64,000 nucleotides of DNA from Myxococcota bacterium (lineage in GTDB: Bacteria; Myxococcota_A; Polyangia; Nannocystales; Nannocystaceae), in the NCBI GenBank assembly GCA_039194325.1, contig JBCCWC010000002.1:1-64000 (forward strand). The letters are read 5' to 3'. This document shows, in pieces, positions 61,154 through 64,000 of this stretch (position 1 is the first letter of the stretch; each line of letters starts with the position of its first letter). Both the position numbers and the translations under genes were made by a program. The notes below the pieces were generated by a model, which was given only the letters and a program-made list of their open reading frames with translations, was not told where the DNA came from and made no database searches.

Positions 61154-63505
61154 TCACAGCAGATCGTCGAGGTCACCGAGGACCTGCTCGAGGTCGCCGG
61201 CGACCTCGGCCAGGAGGGTCTGGTCGGTGGAGGTGAGCACGGCGGCCGCTGTTTGGGCGCGCGCCCCCAGGCCTCGGGCCTGGATGAGGTTCTCCAGGAA
61301 CGTCCGCCGCTCGGTCGAGCCCAGGGCTCCAAAGGCCCGGCGCAGCAGCGGGAGGATATTGCGGTAGGCATCGGGCTCTACCGCACACACGAACGCGTCG
61401 AGGGTCTGCACCACCACCCGGTTTCGAACGAGCACGGTGGCGTTGACCTGCAAGAAGCCCTCGACAAAGGCCGCGCCGCTTTGGGGGTGCAGCGTGTCGG
61501 AGAGCCGCTGGGCCACGAACGTGGCCACCTCGCTCTGGTCGATCGTGCGCGCGAGGTAGAGCAGGGCGGTAGCGACACCCGCGGTGGTGGGATGAATGCC
61601 GTAGTCCTCCAGCAGGGCCCGGGCCGCGGTCAGCCATGCCTCGCGGTCGACTGCCGGCTGGGCCAGCGCGACCTCGTGCAGCGTCTGGAGGGCGCGGGGG
61701 ATCTCGGCCACTGCGTCGTCGTCGCCTTCGCACGCGGGGCGCAAGCGGAGTACGGCCCGGTCGAAGGTCTTTCGGCACAGGGCCCGTACGGTCGCCTGGC
61801 TGCTCTGGCCGGGCAGGGCATCACGCGAGGTCCCGTACGAGACCAGGCCCGAGAGCGACTGGCACGCGCGGGCCAGCGAGGGCAGCGCGTCGTCCGTGGA
61901 CGCCAGCTGATCGCACGCGCGCATGGCATCGGCCGCCGGGCGAGGGCAGGCGGTCACCACCGCCTCCATCAGCACCGCGGCCGCTTCGCCCGTGGACTCG
62001 GCCTGGGCGAGCCGGTCACCGAGCACCTGGGACGTGACCTGCCTCAGCGTGTTGCCCAGCGCGATCTTCTCCACCAGGGCCACGTCGGTGCTGGGGGTCC
62101 ACTGGGCCTCCCACGACTCACGCATGCGGCTCAGAGCGGCGGGCCCCCCCGGCTCGTCGGCGTCCGTGCCCCGCGAGCGCGGACCTTGGGCCCGGTAGGT
62201 GCCGTGGAAGGTCGCATAGGGCACATCGGCTACGCGTAGCCGATGCAGGAACACCGAGGTCTCCACCGCCCGAGGATCGCGCAGCTGCAGCGCCACCTCG
62301 GTGGCCTCGTCTTCTCGGGGGAGATCGCGATCACCCACCTCCCGCCAAAATTCCTCCTGTAGCGAATTCTTGCCGATCCGCTCGGCGACCTTGCCCACCC
62401 GGTGCCCCAGCACCTGCCGCCACAAGAACGCATCGACGGGCTGCTCGTCGCCCCGGCACATGGTGGCGATGCAGGCCTCGCGCAGCTCGTCGAGCCCCGG
62501 CTCGGCCTTGTCGCGCAGCTCGGCCAGGGTGCAGGCGAGACGATAGGCCTCGATCGTGTCGGCCATGGAAGCGGCAAACCCTCGCTGCCGCAGCTCGGCG
62601 CCGAAGCCCAACAGCGTGCGCAGCGTGGCCTGCCGGAAGTCGCACCCCGTCTCGTGGGCCAGCTGGTAGTACTGCGGCGCCCGGTTGCCTGCCCCGTAAC
62701 CCAGCTGGGCGGCCAAGCGGGGGAAGCTGAAGGGGATCAGCGTCGCCGCGCTCGGCCGCGGCGAGGGCAGCGAGTCGACGAGGGGGGGCTCGAGATCCTC
62801 CGCCACGAAGGCGGCGGCATGCGCCGCGCCGACCACGGCCACGATCCGCTCTGGCGCTACCCCGTCGGCCACCGTCAGCTCGATCTGGGCGGCCATGAAC
62901 GCGTCGCGGGTGCGATGCCACGGTACCGGGTGGGCGGTTCGTACGAGCGCGGCATGGGCCAGCAATGCCTCGCGGAATTGTTCGGGCTGGTAGTCGGGTG
63001 CCTCGAAGCACGCCTCCCACAGCTCTTCGAAGCCTCGGAACCCTCGCGCCTCGGCTGCGGCCAGGTACGGGTCGAAGGGAGGGGGTGGGGTGGCCTCGAC
63101 TGGCTCGTACGGCTCGAGCGGCTCGAGCGGCTCGCCCGATGTCGCGATGTTGGCCTCGTCGTCTCGCTCGTGCGCCAGCGACACCCCCACCGGGACGTCG
63201 ATGAACCGCGCCTTGGCCCCGTGGTCTCGGGCCCAGCGTAGCGCCTGCCACTCGGGCGAGTAGGCGGCGAAGGGCCACAGCGCCGAGCGGGGCTCGCCCT
63301 GGGTCGCGTAGCCCAGGATCGCGACCGGGGGTTCGGTCTGGTCGTCCACCAGCACGTCGATGAGCTCGGTGGCGTCCAGGGGTCCCTCCACCAGCACCAC
63401 CTCGGGTCGAACGCGATCGAGGAACGCCCTCAGCGTCGCGGTGGTCCGTGGCGAGTGGTGGCGAATGGGGTACAGGTGCACCCCCTGGAGGGCAGACGAG
63501 GCCAT
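61154..63505 (-). CDS. DUF5682 family protein (YehM-like), second paralog
   Basis: YPIRHHSP, LVEGP, YSPEWQA, RDAFM, VVGAAH, GYGAGNRAP and FLHRL motifs. Confidence 0.85.
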   Translation of the reverse strand: MASSALQGVHLYPIRHHSPRTTATLRAFLDRVRPEVVLVEGPLDATELIDVLVDDQTEPPVAILGYATQGEPRSALWPFAAYSPEWQALRWARDHGAKARFIDVPVGVSLAHERDDEANIATSGEPLEPLEPYEPVEATPPPPFDPYLAAAEARGFRGFEELWEACFEAPDYQPEQFREALLAHAALVRTAHPVPWHRTRDAFMAAQIELTVADGVAPERIVAVVGAAHAAAFVAEDLEPPLVDSLPSPRPSAATLIPFSFPRLAAQLGYGAGNRAPQYYQLAHETGCDFRQATLRTLLGFGAELRQRGFAASMADTIEAYRLACTLAELRDKAEPGLDELREACIATMCRGDEQPVDAFLWRQVLGHRVGKVAERIGKNSLQEEFWREVGDRDLPREDEATEVALQLRDPRAVETSVFLHRLRVADVPYATFHGTYRAQGPRSRGTDADEPGGPAALSRMRESWEAQWTPSTDVALVEKIALGNTLRQVTSQVLGDRLAQAESTGEAAAVLMEAVVTACPRPAADAMRACDQLASTDDALPSLARACQSLSGLVSYGTSRDALPGQSSQATVRALCRKTFDRAVLRLRPACEGDDDAVAEIPRALQTLHEVALAQPAVDREAWLTAARALLEDYGIHPTTAGVATALLYLARTIDQSEVATFVAQRLSDTLHPQSGAAFVEGFLQVNATVLVRNRVVVQTLDAFVCAVEPDAYRNILPLLRRAFGALGSTERRTFLENLIQARGLGARAQTAAAVLTSTDQTLLAEVAGDLEQVLGDLDDLL

Positions 63506-63514
63506 CGGGCGCCT

Positions 63515-64000
63515 CTAGTCCTTCAGCGCCCGTCGGGCCTCGGCGTGAAAGCTCTTCCAGAGCCCCCCGCGGCCCTTGGCCACCGTCTCGCAGTACTCGC
63601 GCAGGCTCTTGAGGTCGTCGGCGCTCTCCTTGGCCACCGCCCCCACCAGCGAGCGGGCGAGCTCATGCGGCCCGATCTCTCCGTTGCCGAAGTGCTGGGC
63701 CAGGATCGCGCTGTTGAACAGCACGCTGATCGCCTCGGCGGTGGACATCACCGAGCTGGGCGGGTTGACCTTGGTCTTGCGATCCTTGGTGACCCCCGCC
63801 CGCAGCTCCTGGAACATGGTGACCAGCAGCGATACCAGCTCTTCGGGTGGAGTGGGCTCGATCTGGTAGTCCGCGCTCAGCTCGGCCGCACGCTTGGTCA
63901 CGATCGCGATCTCCTGCTGGAGGTTGGAGACCACCGGGATCGTCACGAAGTTGAAGCGACGCTTGAGGGCAGCGCTCATCTCGTTGACCCCCCGGTCACG
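63515..64000 (-). CDS. YehL-type MoxR AAA+ ATPase, second paralog, partial (5' part beyond the window)
   Basis: RDRGVNEMSAALKRRFNFV and MSTAEAISV; clearly similar to the C-terminal half of 18605-19837. Confidence 0.88.
   Translation of the reverse strand, partial: RDRGVNEMSAALKRRFNFVTIPVVSNLQQEIAIVTKRAAELSADYQIEPTPPEELVSLLVTMFQELRAGVTKDRKTKVNPPSSVMSTAEAISVLFNSAILAQHFGNGEIGPHELARSLVGAVAKESADDLKSLREYCETVAKGRGGLWKSFHAEARRALKD

Overview
A high-GC (roughly 70%) chromosomal segment whose gene content points to a myxobacterium, probably Nannocystaceae-like (inferred from many Ser/Thr kinase-TPR proteins, Cys-rich lipoproteins and an ADYC protein). The first ~170 nt look like low-quality contig-end sequence. 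In order, the window holds: a phoB-phoR-pstCAB-phoU cluster with candidate Pho boxes but no pstS; a large Ser/Thr kinase; a persulfide dioxygenase-like gene plus cydAB behind a sigma54-like promoter; a five-gene YehL-type MoxR AAA+/DUF5682/vWA operon with two uncharacterised helical proteins; two paralogous Cys-rich lipoproteins; an orphan Lys-rich protein; apbE, a methyltransferase and an Ig-like lipoprotein; pepP; a kinase operon with two exported proteins; a kinase with a low-GC TPR array; TetR plus an alpha/beta hydrolase; an ECF sigma factor, an RTX-repeat protein and a kinase pseudogene; an atypical two-component pair; a GSDH; a GT-C glycosyltransferase; a pseudokinase with YTPPSG repeats and a TonB-C-like tail; an ADYC lipoprotein; a further kinase; a CBS/P-type ATPase/USP cluster; and a second DUF5682/YehL pair running off the right edge. 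No rRNA, tRNA, CRISPR array or transposase was recognised. The best candidates for undescribed systems are the duplicated YehL/DUF5682/vWA module, the pseudokinase trans-envelope module and the diversified TPR array. All family calls come from motif recognition by eye; no database searches were run.
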